Positions 12,208 through 24,400 of a stretch of DNA of 64,000 bases are shown one piece after another; the stretch's first letter is position 1; the number at the start of each line of letters is the position of its first letter. The notes under the pieces were generated by a model. The model saw nothing but the letters and a program-made list of their open reading frames with translations, ran no database searches and had not been told where the DNA came from. The stretch is from positions 5,270,714-5,334,713 of the forward strand of contig MU053379.1 of assembly GCA_013239625.1 (NCBI GenBank). The letters are read 5' to 3'. Source of the DNA: Lama guanicoe (lineage: Eukaryota). Both the position numbers and the translations under genes were made by a program.

Positions 12208-15200
12208 GCCGCCGGCCGCCGCCCGCGCAGGCGCGATGCGGGCCCACCGGCGTGGGAGACGCGGGCGGAGCCTCGAGGTGCTCGACCCTTCCGCGCTGTT
12301 TCGGGGAACTCCCGCGAGACGTCTCCCTACCTGAGCGCCGGCGAGCCGCGAGTTCCCGCGAGACTCCGGCATCGCGGTCTCCGGGCGCGCGGGGGCGTCC
12401 CGTCGTCGCGGTGCAAGCGGTTTTCTCAGCCGCTCGTGTGCGGCCGGTGCTCGGAAGTGCGGTCTCTGCCTTCGCGCCTGTCTCCGCTCGTCTCTTTCCT
12501 CCTTGTGCCCTCCTTGGGGGAGGAGGGCGCCAGGCTGCCGGAGAGCGAGTTCCTGGGCCCGGGACGCCCGGGAGGAGACGGAAGAAGCGGCCTCCCGGCC
12601 CGGTGGGGGTGTCCTCGCCCGCGGAGCGGCCGGCGGCGCGGGAGCGTCCGCCCGAGGCCGCGCCTCCGTGGGAGGGTTGCGTTCCGAGCTCGGAATGTGC
12701 GGCCCGGCCCGCCGAGCTCGCGCGGCCGGGGTGTGGAGCCGCGTCGGCGCCGGAGGCGGGCAGCCCGGGTCTGGAGGCCCTCGTTTGGCGGCGGCGCCTG
12801 AAGACCAACGTGTGTCCGCCTCGGCGGCCCTTCCTGAAGCCTCGGTTCCCGGGGGACTCGGTTGCAGCCAGAGGCCGAGGCACCTGGAGAGGCCGGTGAC
12901 CCTGTGCCTTCTGCCGTTGGCGGAATCTGGTTCCTGGGCCGGGCCTTGTGTCCTGTCCGCACCGTCTGTGCCAGCGACCCCTGACGTGTGGCGCTGCGGC
13001 CGTCCCCAGGGGCCAGGGGTTGCCCGCCCGGTGTAGCAGGGCACAGGCCGAACCTGGCCTGCTCCCTGGTTTTGTTGGGTCAGTGAGCTGAGTGGCTTTT
13101 TACTTCTTTTAAAGTAATGGAAAAAATCAAAGGGAGCGTATTCGTGACACGTGGAAACTAAATGAGATCCAGGTCTTAGGTCCACGGGTAGTTTTGCAGG
13201 GGCCCGGGCCCACTTCATTGACAGATTGTCTTGCTGCCTTTGCCCAACAGTGACAGAGTCGGCACTGAGGCCACGGGGCCTGCAGGGCCGAAAGCAGCGG
13301 CTGTCTGGAACTTGGTGGAAAAGGTCTGCCCGGCCCTGCGGCGCACGCCGACTGCCGGGCTGCTGACGTCCGGCGGGTCTGGATCAGCAGTGTCTGCGGT
13401 ACCAGGCCGCCTCCGGCCGCGCGGACTGCAGTGTCCGCGTTTTGGGGCAGAATCACAGTCGACCTCTTTGCTGCTGTGGGAAATAGGCGAATATCCATTC
13501 CTCAGAAGCAGGACTCTCTGGTTACCCTGTTGACGTGCAGAGCTCGTCTATCAATATTGGTCGTTTAGATTAGCAGTTAGACGAAAGTCTGAGCGCATTG
13601 GTTGGAGTTACTTTTTTAATTGCCTGAATTGTCAGAATGAGTATTGCATAAAACTGTTTATGGACACATGAAGTTCATAGGATTGGAGCGATTTTCCTCC
13701 TTTCTCTTTTTTTGATGTGCACATAGAGTTTATTGACCTGGGCGCAAATCCAAAGTCAGGATCCACAGCAATTGCGTGTGTAATCAGTCCTGGTTTGAGG
13801 GGTTGGGGTGTTTGACAGGGTTCCCTGCGTGACAAGTACTCTAGTCCACCTCTGCTGCTTGCAGGGGGGTGACGGCCAGATACAGTGTGCCGATGACCGT
13901 TGTTTCTTTTAGTGAGATGTCTCCAGGTTTTCGGACGTTGCAGTTAACATTTGTGAACCAGTGAATTTTCCCGTGCACTTTAAGGCAGTGAGATGCACAA
14001 GCTTATAGATGGGCCTCAGGTTATTAAGCGGTCAGCTTGACGGAGTTGACACTAGAGGATGTTTTCACACTTGCAGGAAGCAAGGTCAAAATAAAAGATT
14101 AATAATTGTGAGACTTGATGAAGGCACACAAGTGAAAACTAAACTACAGCACTTGCTTGTCCCACATTCTGCAGAACGGCACCGCTGCTGTGCAGCTGCT
14201 TCCACCCTGCGTCCACCCTGCCTTTTCTGCCCTGCCCTAGGGAAAGTCTTTTTCAGACCCTTCCCACCCACCTCATGTACAAGTTCATCGCAACTGCATG
14301 ACTTCAGAAGAGAGTGCTGGGGGACACACGGAGGGGCCAGTGCCGCAGGTGGTAAAAAGAATTTACCAAGAGCAAGAAGTTTAAGAACAAAGGAAAAGGT
14401 TAATAGTTGAGCTGCTGTAGGCAACAGCGGGCCGCATAGGTTCCTGCATGCCCATCGAGTGTGAACGTGCAGGACCTTTTATCAGCGAAGGGGCTGGGGA
14501 CGCAAAGGGCAGGGGGAACAGCCTTCTGGCTGGCTGTAAACGAGATGAGGCGCTCTGGTACATGGGAGGATAGTGGACTTACGGCTCCAGGAAGGTGGAG
14601 ACGTTGGCTGACACCAGCAGGGGAGTGGGATTTATGACTCCGAGAAGGAGGAGACATGGGCAGAGACGAGTCATTTCCATTTCCAGGGTGATCAGTTCTG
14701 CTGAGGCAAACCCCTGTCAGGAGCTTGTCTTCCACAGAGGGGCAGGCAGACACACCAGGGCTGGAAGTCGGGGCCGTGCGGCCTCGGCAGGCACCAGCTG
14801 TCCTGGCAGAGGTTTGCCCCGTGGGCTCAAGGTTTTCCCAGGATGGGCCATTGCTTAGCTGACAGGACAAAACAGAAACCACCTGGAGAGAGTCTCGCAG
14901 GCCCCACTCCACCTGCCCAGCTGTCACCAGCTGTCCCCTCCCCTGCCGGACGGCCTTACGTGAGCCGCCCCTGCTGCCTGTGTGGCTGAGCCTTCAGCTG
15001 TTTGCTAGATGCCCCGCTCCTACTTAGGGGCATCTTTTCAGCAGTTCTTCCCTCCTCTCTCTGCATCAGCAGCGCCCTCCCACCGTTGGACCCACTCCTC
15101 TCACTCACAGCGCTGTGCTGAAACTCCTCTGGCAAGTTGCCGGGGGCCTTCGCTTGCTAAATCCAGTAGCCATTCCCTGGGCTCGCCTACTTGTCCTGTC

Positions 15201-15435
15201 AGCATCTTCCCATCTAGCTGGCCCCTTTCTTGTACATATGCTTTGTTCGCTTCGCTTTCAGGACACCACACTTCCTTAATTTTCTTTTTTTGCTCCTGAC
15301 TACTCTTCATAGTCTCCTTTGCTGATGCCTCATCTCCCTGACTTTCTGGTGTTAGAGGGCCCCAGGGCTGCCTCACTACACTCACTCCCTCAGAGAATCT
15401 CCATTCACTTTCATGACTTTAATTACCATTTATAA

Positions 15436-15560
15436 GGGGGTGGGTAGAGCTCAGTGGTAGAGCATGTGCTTAGCACGCGTGAGGTCCTGGGTTCAATCCT
15501 CAGTGCTTCCATTACAAAACAAATAAACAAACCTACCACCCCCCAATATCCCCCCAAATA
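15436..15560 (+). mobile_element. tRNA-derived SINE (Vic-1-like)
   Basis: AGCTCAGTGGTAGAGCATGTGCTTAGC...GGGTTCAATCC plus tail. Confidence 0.87.
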
Positions 15561-15879
15561 TCATTTATGTATATGCTGATGACTCATAAAATGCTATCTC
15601 CCCTGATCCCTTAGGAATCATCTTGGCAGAGAATAGGAAAATAAGTAAAGCCATTGACCATTTTAGAGGCGGTCAGTCACACCTGTATTTTAAGAAATGC
15701 AAATCCAAACTACAGTAAGATGTCATTTTTATATATAGGATAATCAAAAGTTAAATGTCTAAGTTATACATCAATGAAGCTGATTATAAAAACAAAACAA
15801 AACACAAAAACAGCTTCTCTACAACCTGGTCCATCTGATCCCAGGTATGTTACATAAAGTAAAAACAATATTTAACACC

Positions 15880-16180
15880 TTTATTATAGTACAATTCCTG
15901 TACAGTAAACTACACATATTTTCTATGTACAATTTGATGAATTTTGATAGATGTATATGCCCATGAAACTACTACCACAATCAAGGTAGCTAACGTTTCT
16001 ATCACTCCAATCAAGAGTTGCAAATTTTGAATTCCCAGTTTATCCCTTCCCACCCCCTGTACCCCGTGGTAACCATAAGCTTGTTCTCTATGTCTGTGAG
16101 TCTATTTCTGTTTTGTTAGTAAGTTCATTTGTGACCTTTTTATAGATTCCTATGTGGACATCGCATGGTATTTTTCTCAG
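15880..16180 (-). mobile_element. L1 3'-end fragments
   Basis: 16020-16180 is the reverse complement of the L1 3' UTR seen at 9480-9650; older L1-like sequence to its left. Confidence 0.7.
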
Positions 16181-17308
16181 AAAGTAAAAATTATTTCAAC
16201 TTACTAACACACTATGTCTTCCTCTGCAAAATGGAGATTCCAATCCTAACTTACAAGTTGGTTAAGAGGATAAAATATGGCAATAATTGTAAAGCCAGGA
16301 CCTAGGACAGAACAGTTGTTCCGTAAATGCTAATTGAATCTTTTTTTTTTTCCCTACAAGACCTGGTCTACACCAGGAATGCATCAGCCTGAGTAAAGTG
16401 CGGAGAGAAGGAATGTTGGGACAATGATGGAGATGTCCTAAATGAGGGCACAAGGTCGGGAATATTCCTCACAAAGACGCCTGGTTATCTGCGAACGAGC
16501 TGAGGCTTTGAGCCCCAGAGGGGACAGTGCAGGTCACAAGATGTCAGACGCAAGCGAAGGACACCCACCATTGTCTGGAGCAGAGAAGGCCCTGTAGGAA
16601 GGCAGTAGCTAAGGAGCACCCACCGGAGCCGGGCTGTCCTCCCTTTCCCAAGCAGAGTCCTCTCCTGGGCGGGCAAGGGACTGGAGGAGGTAGAGCCAGG
16701 GGCTAAGAAAGGGTGTGACCCTCAGAATGTCCTTGGAAATTCCCAAGCCTGGGAAATGGCCTCCTCTTTTTTCTTTTTTCAAGTATTAGTCCTGCCAGAG
16801 AAGAAAAGAACCATGGGTAGCTTCCTAAGAATAGACCCAGAGTGTATGTGTAAGATCAGCCTGTCCTGACGTCATACTGACACGGAGCAGAAAGTTCATT
16901 CTCTTTGTGCCTCTGGAAAAATGAGATTTCACTTTCAGTAATATCCAACACGTACGGAACATTAAGTGTACACCTCAGATGGTTCCCGGTGTTATTCAAG
17001 ATTTCCTCATTCAGTCCACACAAGGACCCTATGAAGGAGTTATTTTTCACCCATCTTTTTCAGGTGAGGAAACCAGGCACAGTTTAAATACCTTTCCCAA
17101 AGTGATGGCACCCAGGTCTGCAGTCTCGCTGTGGAGGGCACGCTCTTAACCAGTAGGCGTGGCTGTGACAATTCTCAGTGTGTGTGTACAGGTTGGGGAC
17201 TTGGGTCAAACCAGATTAGTTGCAAGGGAATGTGTTACAACTGCTTGATGGATTCATGGGATACATCTGGGTTCTGTTTATGATTGTTCCATAAAATATC
17301 AAAGCTGT

Positions 17309-17715
17309 TGTTACTGAACCCGTTTTTATGCCTGATGCACAGTGAGGCCAAAAAATACCGAAACGTCGGCGTTTGGAGCAGAGAAAGTTTATTGCTGGGC
17401 TGAGCAAGGAGATCTGGTGGCTCATGCCCCCAGAACCCCAAACTCCCCGAAGGGTTCCAGCTGAGCAATTTTAAAGGCGGGCTGAGAGGGGAGCGTCCCT
17501 GGGTGACCAGCTGTGCACAATTCTCTGCATGGCCTTAGGTGCCAGAAGGTCTGGGGGCTGTGTGCCCATGATCGTCCAGTAGTTGATTTCTTCCATTTGA
17601 TGGTGGGTTTTAGCATGAGATACTATCATCTGGGTCCTTCAGAGAGGAGCTACAGCAGAGGGCATGAGAGAGGGGTCTGCCCCCGGAAGGCCCCACAGGG
17701 TCCTGTGCAGTTACA
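17309..17715 (-). mobile_element. Solo LTR (ERV1-like), 407 bp
   Basis: TG...CA termini (TGTTAC...GTTACA); 4-bp TSD CTGT at 17305-17308 and 17716-17719; TTTATT at ~17388 gives a minus-strand polyA signal. Confidence 0.8.
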
Positions 17716-17759
17716 CTGTTACTTGGTGATTAGCCCACAGCCCCAGGGACATTGGAACA

Positions 17760-18050
17760 AATGCACCAGCCCCCACTTAAAATACGTGGGCAGACACAGA
17801 TAGCTGCCTTTTGTATGATTTCATTGATAGGGAACGTCCAGGAGAGGTAAAGACACAGAGAGAAAGGGGATTGGGGGGTTGGGGGGGGCCGGGGAGGGAG
17901 GAAGGGGAGTGTGTGCTTTAGATTCAGGGTTTTACTTGGAGGAATGAAGTAGTCTGAAACTAGACAGTGGTGATGCTCGCACAGCATTGTGAATGCACTT
18001 ATTGCTCCTGAATTGCACAATTTAAAAGGGAAAAAGTAAATTTTTATTGT
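17760..18050 (+). mobile_element. Old L1 (L1MA/MB-like) 3' end
   Basis: Typical L1M 3'-UTR wording (GAAACTAGACAGTGGTGATG...CATTGTGAATGCACTTA...CTGAATTG). Confidence 0.65.
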
Positions 18051-19673
18051 AAACTTAAAACATAAAAAATAGATGACACCATAAATAACATAAAAGAAAA
18101 AGAGGAAATTACAGAGAACCCAAACAAAAATAATGCCAGGGGAAGGGAAGTAAAGTTCAGGTGTGGGTGTGGGATGATGGTGAGAATTCAGAGATGACGG
18201 TGCTGGTGGCTGCAGGGGCGACTCAGCCCGTGGGGATGGTGACGCCCGAATTGGCTCTGGGTCGCCTAGAGGTGGAGGTGCAGGTGCGGGCACAGGGTCT
18301 CCCTGCAGGGCTGGTGGAATATGGCCCAGCTCTGGGTCTCCTGCAGGAGCAGGCGCAGCCCCTCCTTGCTGGCGTGGTGTTTCCTCATCTCGCTCTGGGT
18401 CTCCTGCTGGATCAAAATCTTCCTATTTTGGGTCTCTGGCATTTTCCCCTGCCCCTACCTCCTCTGGATCTGTATCTGTTGGAAGTGGAGAGAACTTTAA
18501 GTCTAGTGGAAGTGCTAAAGCTGTGAGAGAGGAAAAATTTACCCACATGCTTCCCTTTCCATGTGCCTTTTCAAGGACAGAAATCTTCCCAGAACTTTCC
18601 AGACGAGTCCCACCCAGGAACTGCCCACAGGATGTGTTCTGTGACCGCACTCCACCAGATGGGTGGTCTGAGGCCTGTCTTTGCTCTGCTCCCAACAGCA
18701 GCCTCTGGGGACTCCCTGTGTGGCCCAGCCCTCGCCCCTCCCTCACCTACACACATGCACCCAGCCCCGCCCTTCTCACCTTCGGGTTCTGCTGCAGTGG
18801 GCTCCAGGTCCTCCAGCTGACTTACCGGGAGGTGGGCATGGTGCTCCAGGTTGGAGCCAGGTGTGCTGAGCTGCCTGTCAGCCCTGGGCAGGACCCCGGG
18901 AGTGGCCTGGGTGGTGTCTGGGCAGGAGGCCTGCCCTGTTCATCTCTGGGCCATGGTTCTGGGCACCCCTATGTGTCCACACTCACTCGGATCCTGCACT
19001 GGCCCTTGGCAGTGTGGTGCTCCAGCCCCTCACTCGGTGGGGTGGAGTGGGTGTCCCCATCCACCACCAGCTCCTGTCTGATCTGCGGCGTGGGGCTCTG
19101 CAATGACAGTGACCGGCATCCGGCCCAGCCTGGAGGTCTCAGAACCCTGCCTGGCCAGCTTCACTGCTGCTTCTGCCCACTCGACCCTCTGCTGCCAGAT
19201 CAGGCTCAGACCTCGATCTGCCCAGGTAGTCACCCAGGAGGGAAGGGACACAGCCAGAGGGCTTGGGCTCCACCTCGGGCAGAAGGGCCCTGCCCCAGCT
19301 CTCCATGTCCCAGCCAGCCAGCTTTGACCTGGGTTGTGGACATGAGCAGCCCCTCAGGCCTCTGACCCCTCTTCAGCCTTCTCATGCTTGAGGCAGATCT
19401 CCCCTCATGACCACCCCACCTCCACCATCCAGGAAGGGGACGTAGGGCCACCCGGGTGGGATCCGAGTGGTGGCCTGGCCTGGGCAGGCCTGCCCTGGGC
19501 CTCCCTGTGTTACTGTTGGGTCCCTCTGGGCAAACAGCCAAAGGTGTCTGGGGTGAGACCTGACCCCAACATCTGCAGCATTGGAAAGGCCCTCGGTGCA
19601 GGCTTTCCTGAGACCATGGCCTCAGGATATTGGGACACAACAGAGCATGTCTGAGTGTCTCCAACCAAGTGAG
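18043..19673 (-). pseudogene. Unprocessed RALGDS-derived / CDRT15-like pseudogene; exons 19514-19673 (ATG 19648), 18987-19097, ~18780-18906, 18043-18520
   Basis: Exon A MLCCVPIS*GHGLRKACTEGL..VRSHPRHLWLFAQRDPT; exon B (111 nt, phase 0/0) SPTPQIRQELVVDGDTHSTPPSEGLEHHTAKGQCRIR; exon C QLSTPGSNLEHHAHLPVSQLEDLEPTAAEPE; exon D Pro-rich plus hydrophobic tail. GT-AG sites present (exon C acceptor uncertain); stops at 19624-19622 and 18425-18423; AATAAA at 18043-18048. Confidence 0.8.
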
Positions 19674-20569
19674 CTGGGGAGGGGGCTTCTCTAGAAAGGG
19701 GGTGCCTGGTGACTAGGTTCCAAGTTCTGTTGAGCTCTATTGTCCAGGGAGTGAGGTCGCTTCCTGGGGTCCCCTTACCCAAGCTTCCTCCTTACACAGA
19801 GCTCCCCAAGGGCCTTTCTGGGCGGCTGACTGCTCACCTCCCACCCCGTGCCATGTCCACACACAGTGACACCAAGCCAGCCCACCCCACAGCTCTGGGG
19901 AAGCCTGGGTGCAGCCAGGGCCGCAGCTCTGAGGACACAGCTGGGTTCAGACTCGGCTCCCCCCACTCAGCAGTGCTGTCACCCTGGACAAGCCACCTGC
20001 CTCCCAGGGTCTCCCCAGTCCCCCATCGGCACTATGGGGGTCATTCTAGTCTGTGCTTCCTAGGGAAGCCATCATGTCTCTAGACCTGTAAACGCCTCCT
20101 GCACCTGTCACCCCCACGGGCTGGCATCACAGGGAGCTCACGCACAGACTCAGCAAAGGAAGGGCCCCACAGAGGGCTGGCGGAGCACAGAGCACACCCC
20201 ATACAGGCCGGGGTCCGCCCTGGGGTCTGGGGAAAGTCACTCTCCTTGCCGCCTGCTTCCCAGCTCCCTGTTGCGGGGGTTGAAATTAAACACAACTCTG
20301 ACATCGTCTGCTTGGGCATGCAACCTCCTAGGTCATTCTGTCCTGTCAGATCCAGGCCCAGTGCCCCATCTCAGCCTCTGGGGTGGGCTGCCCCACAGTG
20401 GCTCCCTGCTTGTTGGCCTTCTGGTCACACGTCCTTGTGTGACCCCCACAGCCTCCCCTGCAGGGTGGATGGACATTGGGCCCGGGTTCTGACATGCAGA
20501 CTGACTTGTGAAAATGTGCGTGATATCCATTCATTCCAGCTCCAGTGTTCATTCTCTCTCTCTCTCTCA

Positions 20570-20692
20570 GTGCCTCTCTCTCTGTCTGTCTTGCCTCTCT
20601 CTGTTTCTCTCTCTCCCTCTGCCTCTCTGTGTTTCAGTCTGCCTGTCTCTTTCATGTATGTATGTGTTTGTATGTATATAAATGTGTGTGTG

Positions 20693-20725
<33 letters not shown>

Positions 20726-20752
20726 ATGTTTGTATATGTATTTATGTGTGTG
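20570..20752. repeat. Compound (CT)n / (TG)n / (TA)n microsatellite
   Basis: Directly visible dinucleotide runs. Confidence 0.95.
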
Positions 20753-21539
20753 GATTGTTAGGGCCCAGGGCAGGTCACTTCTAAAGATCCTGTAATGACA
20801 TATTGATTATTTTGAATTCATGTTACTGAAGAAAAAACACTGAGAGCTGTGCAGGAGCTCTGGTGGGGTCAGCCCCAAGGACCAGCAGCTGGGGAAGGGA
20901 TGCACCTGTGGCACTTCAATGAGTCCTGTGCCCTGCTCTCCCAGAGAGGAGTGTCCGTTCATGCCTTCCCTCCAGGGGGTCCTCTGGGACCCTTGCCTCC
21001 TCACATTGCCACCAGAGCTGGTTGTCACCAGGCTGAAGAGCTGCCCATGTGCTGGTGACCAGTGCTGTCCTGCAGTGTGTGTGTCTGCCAGTGTCCTCAC
21101 CTGAGAGGCCGAGCATCTCTAACACACACTGGCCGCCTGCACTGCCTCTCACTGGAACTGCCTGTGTGTGTTCTGTTTCTGTGTAGAACACTGGGTTTCA
21201 AGAGGTTTTTGGACCACAGGGGTGTGAAACCTTTCTCTGACCTTGAGTTGTGAGGAATCCTTTTTCCAGTGTGGTTTGTCTTTCCAGCTGCCTTTCTTGG
21301 CCTTTGTTTATTTTCTGTTTTTGTTTGGTTTTGTTTTGCCAGAGGAAGAGCTAAGCATCTCCCTTCTGTCTTCTGGCTCTGGTTTCACACGTAGAACAGC
21401 AGTGCCTACCCCGAGATTATGCAAATGGTTAGTAAAACGGCCTCGTTTTGTACATCTCATCTTCAATCCATCCGAATTTCCCTTTCAAATAAAAAAATGC
21501 TACTTCAAGTAAAAAAAATTGTCAGTCAGAAAAGACATT

Positions 21540-24400
21540 TGGAAACAGTTCAATCTTCAATTTGTTAAGACCTCTTTTGTGGTCTGTAATGTGATTTATC
21601 CTGGAGAATCCACGTGTCCTTGAGCAAGTGCGTCCTGCTGCTGTTGCATGTTTGATGTAATCTGCTTGGTCCATTGGCTCATGGTGCTGTTCAACTCTGC
21701 TGTTTCCTTACTGATATCTGTCTGGATGACCCATCCGTTATCGAAAGTGGAGCGCTCAAGCCTCCTGCTGTTACTGCAGACAGCATGGCTGTCTGTTTAC
21801 CCCGTCAGGTCTGCAGATGTCTGTGCTATGTATTTGGGAGGTCTGGTGTTGGGTGCTTTCTTTTATATTAAAATATTTTATATAATTTTAAAGGATATTT
21901 TCCATTTGCATTTACTAAAAATTTCTGACTATGTTCCCCATGTTGGTTACCACATCCTTGAGCCTGTATTACCACCAGCAGTGTGTTCCCCCAGCTCTCC
22001 TACCCCCAGATTTCCCCTCCCTCCCACTGGTGACCACTCATTGGTTCTCTGTATTCGTGAGTCTAATTCTTTTTTGTTACATTCACTGGCTTGTTTTGTT
22101 TTTTAGATTTCATGTATAAGTGACATCATACAGCACTTGTCTCTGTCTGACTTACGTCGCTTAGCACGATGCCCTCCAGGTCCATCCATGCTGCTGCACG
22201 TGGCAGAATCCCTGTGTATTTTACGGCTGAGTAGTGTTTTATTATGTATATATATATGACATCTCCTTAACCTATTCATCTGTTGATGGACACTTAGGTT
22301 GCTTCCATATCTTGGCTATTGTAAATAATGTTGCTGTAAACATTGGGGTGCATGTATCTTTTCAAATTAGTGAGTTTTTTTGATATATACCCAGGAATGG
22401 AATGTGTGCACGTATATTTATTATCGTTATATCTTCCTGTTAGATAAACCCTTTTATTTTTATATAATTATCCTTTTCATCTCCTGTAGCATTTTTTTAA
22501 GGTCTATTTTTTCTCCAAAAGTATAGCCACCCTTGCTCTCTTGTGGTTACCATTTGCATGAATATCTTTTTCTGTCCCTTGACTTTCAAACTTTGGGTAT
22601 TCTTAAAGCTAAGATGAGTTTCATACACAGTGTACAGTTGCAGCCCTTGTTTGGTTCACTTAGTAACTCATTTTCTTTTAACTTGTGAGTTTAATCCATT
22701 TAAATTTAAAGTAATCATCAATTGATTATTGCAGGTATAGTTTTTCTTAATACTTTCGTCTTTTCAGTTGTCAGCTAGGTTAAAACTTCTAAGTGCTCTG
22801 CCATCACAGTCTTGACTGTTCTGTATTTCTTGATCTATTTACCTCTTCCAGTAAAGTGTATACTTTGTTACGCTTCTGTGTTGTGCTTAGTCCTTTTGTT
22901 TCGTCTTGACAAACTCTCTTAGCACTTCTTGCACAGCAGGACTAGTGGTAACAAACTCCCACAATTTTTGTTTGTCTGGAAACGTGTATCTCTCATCATT
23001 TCACAGGACAATCTTGCCAGGTCTAGTAAACTTGGTTGGCAGATTTTTTTTCTTTCAGGATTTGGAATATATCATCCCACTCTCTCCTGGCCTTCAAAGT
23101 TTCTGCTAAAAATTCTGCTGATGATCTTAATGGAGTTTCGTTGCATTTGATGAGTTATTTCGCTTCTGCTGTTCTAAAAATTCTCTTTTTAACATTTGAC
23201 AATTTAATTTTAATGTGCCTCAGTGTAGACCTCTATTACACTCAAACTATTTCGGGTCTTTTGGGATCTATAAATCTAGAAGCAATTTTCCTTCCCCTGA
23301 TTTGGGGAAAATTTAGCCATTATTTCCTTAAATAAGCTTTCTTCTTTCTCTTCTTCTGGAAGCCCCGTTACCTGTTGTTTTTCTTCACTGTGTCCTATAA
23401 GTCCTGCAGGATTTATTCATCCTTTTTACTTTTGCTGCAGTGAATAGAGCAGTTCAAACAAGCAGTCTTCAAGTCTCCTGATTCTTCTGCTTGGTCAAGT
23501 CTGCTGTTGAAGCTCTCTGCTGAATTTTTTGGTGCAGTCGTTGTATTCTTTGCTCCAGAATTTACGTTTTGGTTATTTTTTATGATTTCTGTCTCTTTGT
23601 TGAACTTCACATTGTGATCACGTATTACTTTTATGGTTTTGTCTAGTTGCCTATCTGCATTCTTTTATAGCTCAATGAGCTTATGTAAGGTGATTATTTT
23701 GAAGTCTTTGTCAGGAAATTCATAGATCTCAATTTCTTTGGGGTCAGATACTGAAACTTTGTTTTGTTTCTTTGGTGTTACCATGTTTCCCTGCTTCTGT
23801 GTGATCCTTTTCAGCCTGTGCTGTTGTCTGCAGACTTGGAGAATAATCACCCCTTCCAGTCTTTACGTACTGCCTTTGGAAGGGAACGCCCTTCACCAGA
23901 CAACCTGGCTAGACATTCTGGGGATCTATCGAATTCTCTCTACAGACACGAGCCCTCTGCTCCCCCCACCCCCTCCTCGGGGAACTAGTCCTAGGGCTGC
24001 GTGCCTTCTCCTAGTCGTGCGGAGCTGTGCAAGGTGCCGAGAGCTGCCTCCTCCTCCTCCCTGGGGCAGTGCCCTCCCAGGCCAGGGCATTATGTGCAAG
24101 CACCCCTTCCCTCCCTCCCTTCTGAAGGGCGCGTCTTCGGGTTTTGTGCCTTCTCCCTACTCTACAGAGTCACCTGCTCCCTTCCATACAGCAATGCAGT
24201 AAGATGCCAAGACAGTGGGTTTGAACCCACTCCTGTCCCTCCCTTCTGAAGGGGCAGTCTCAGGGTGGCACCTTCTCCCAATCTTGCAGAGTCAAGTTAC
24301 CTGCCGAGATCTTCACTGGCTGGTGAGGCCTGTGTGTCATCTCTGGGAGGGCGGGTGCAATGGTCTGTGGGAAACTGTGTACACTGGTTGCTGTTGTTTT
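21540..24400 (-). mobile_element. Old L1 5' half (5' UTR, ORF1 remnant, start of ORF2) with a nested L1 3' end at ~21860-22400
   Basis: Minus-strand ORF1-like peptides (KFNKETEIIKNNQ...ESFNSRLDQAEE; KEIEIYEFPDKDFKI). Confidence 0.8.

Larger units (their letters stand above)
11370..13040. promoter_or_regulatory. CpG island / NANP promoter
   Basis: Very high GC and CpG density around NANP exon 1; two TCCCGCGAGA motifs (12310-12319, 12354-12363); ETS-like CGGAAGT near 12452. Confidence 0.9.

Noticed and set aside
11263..12801. 512-aa plus-strand ORF with collagen-like GEPGPPG repeats
   Set aside because: Produced by the 39-bp VNTR (a multiple of 3) in stop-poor CpG-island DNA; non-ATG start, Gly-X-Y register broken every 13 residues, antisense to NANP exon 1
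11408..13218. Other long overlapping ORFs in the NANP CpG island
   Set aside because: GC-content artefacts; only 12118-12207 shows protein-family similarity and splice support
15436..15515. tRNA-Ala-like sequences here and at five other sites
   Set aside because: They carry SINE tails/TSDs and diverged stems; SINE heads rather than tRNA genes
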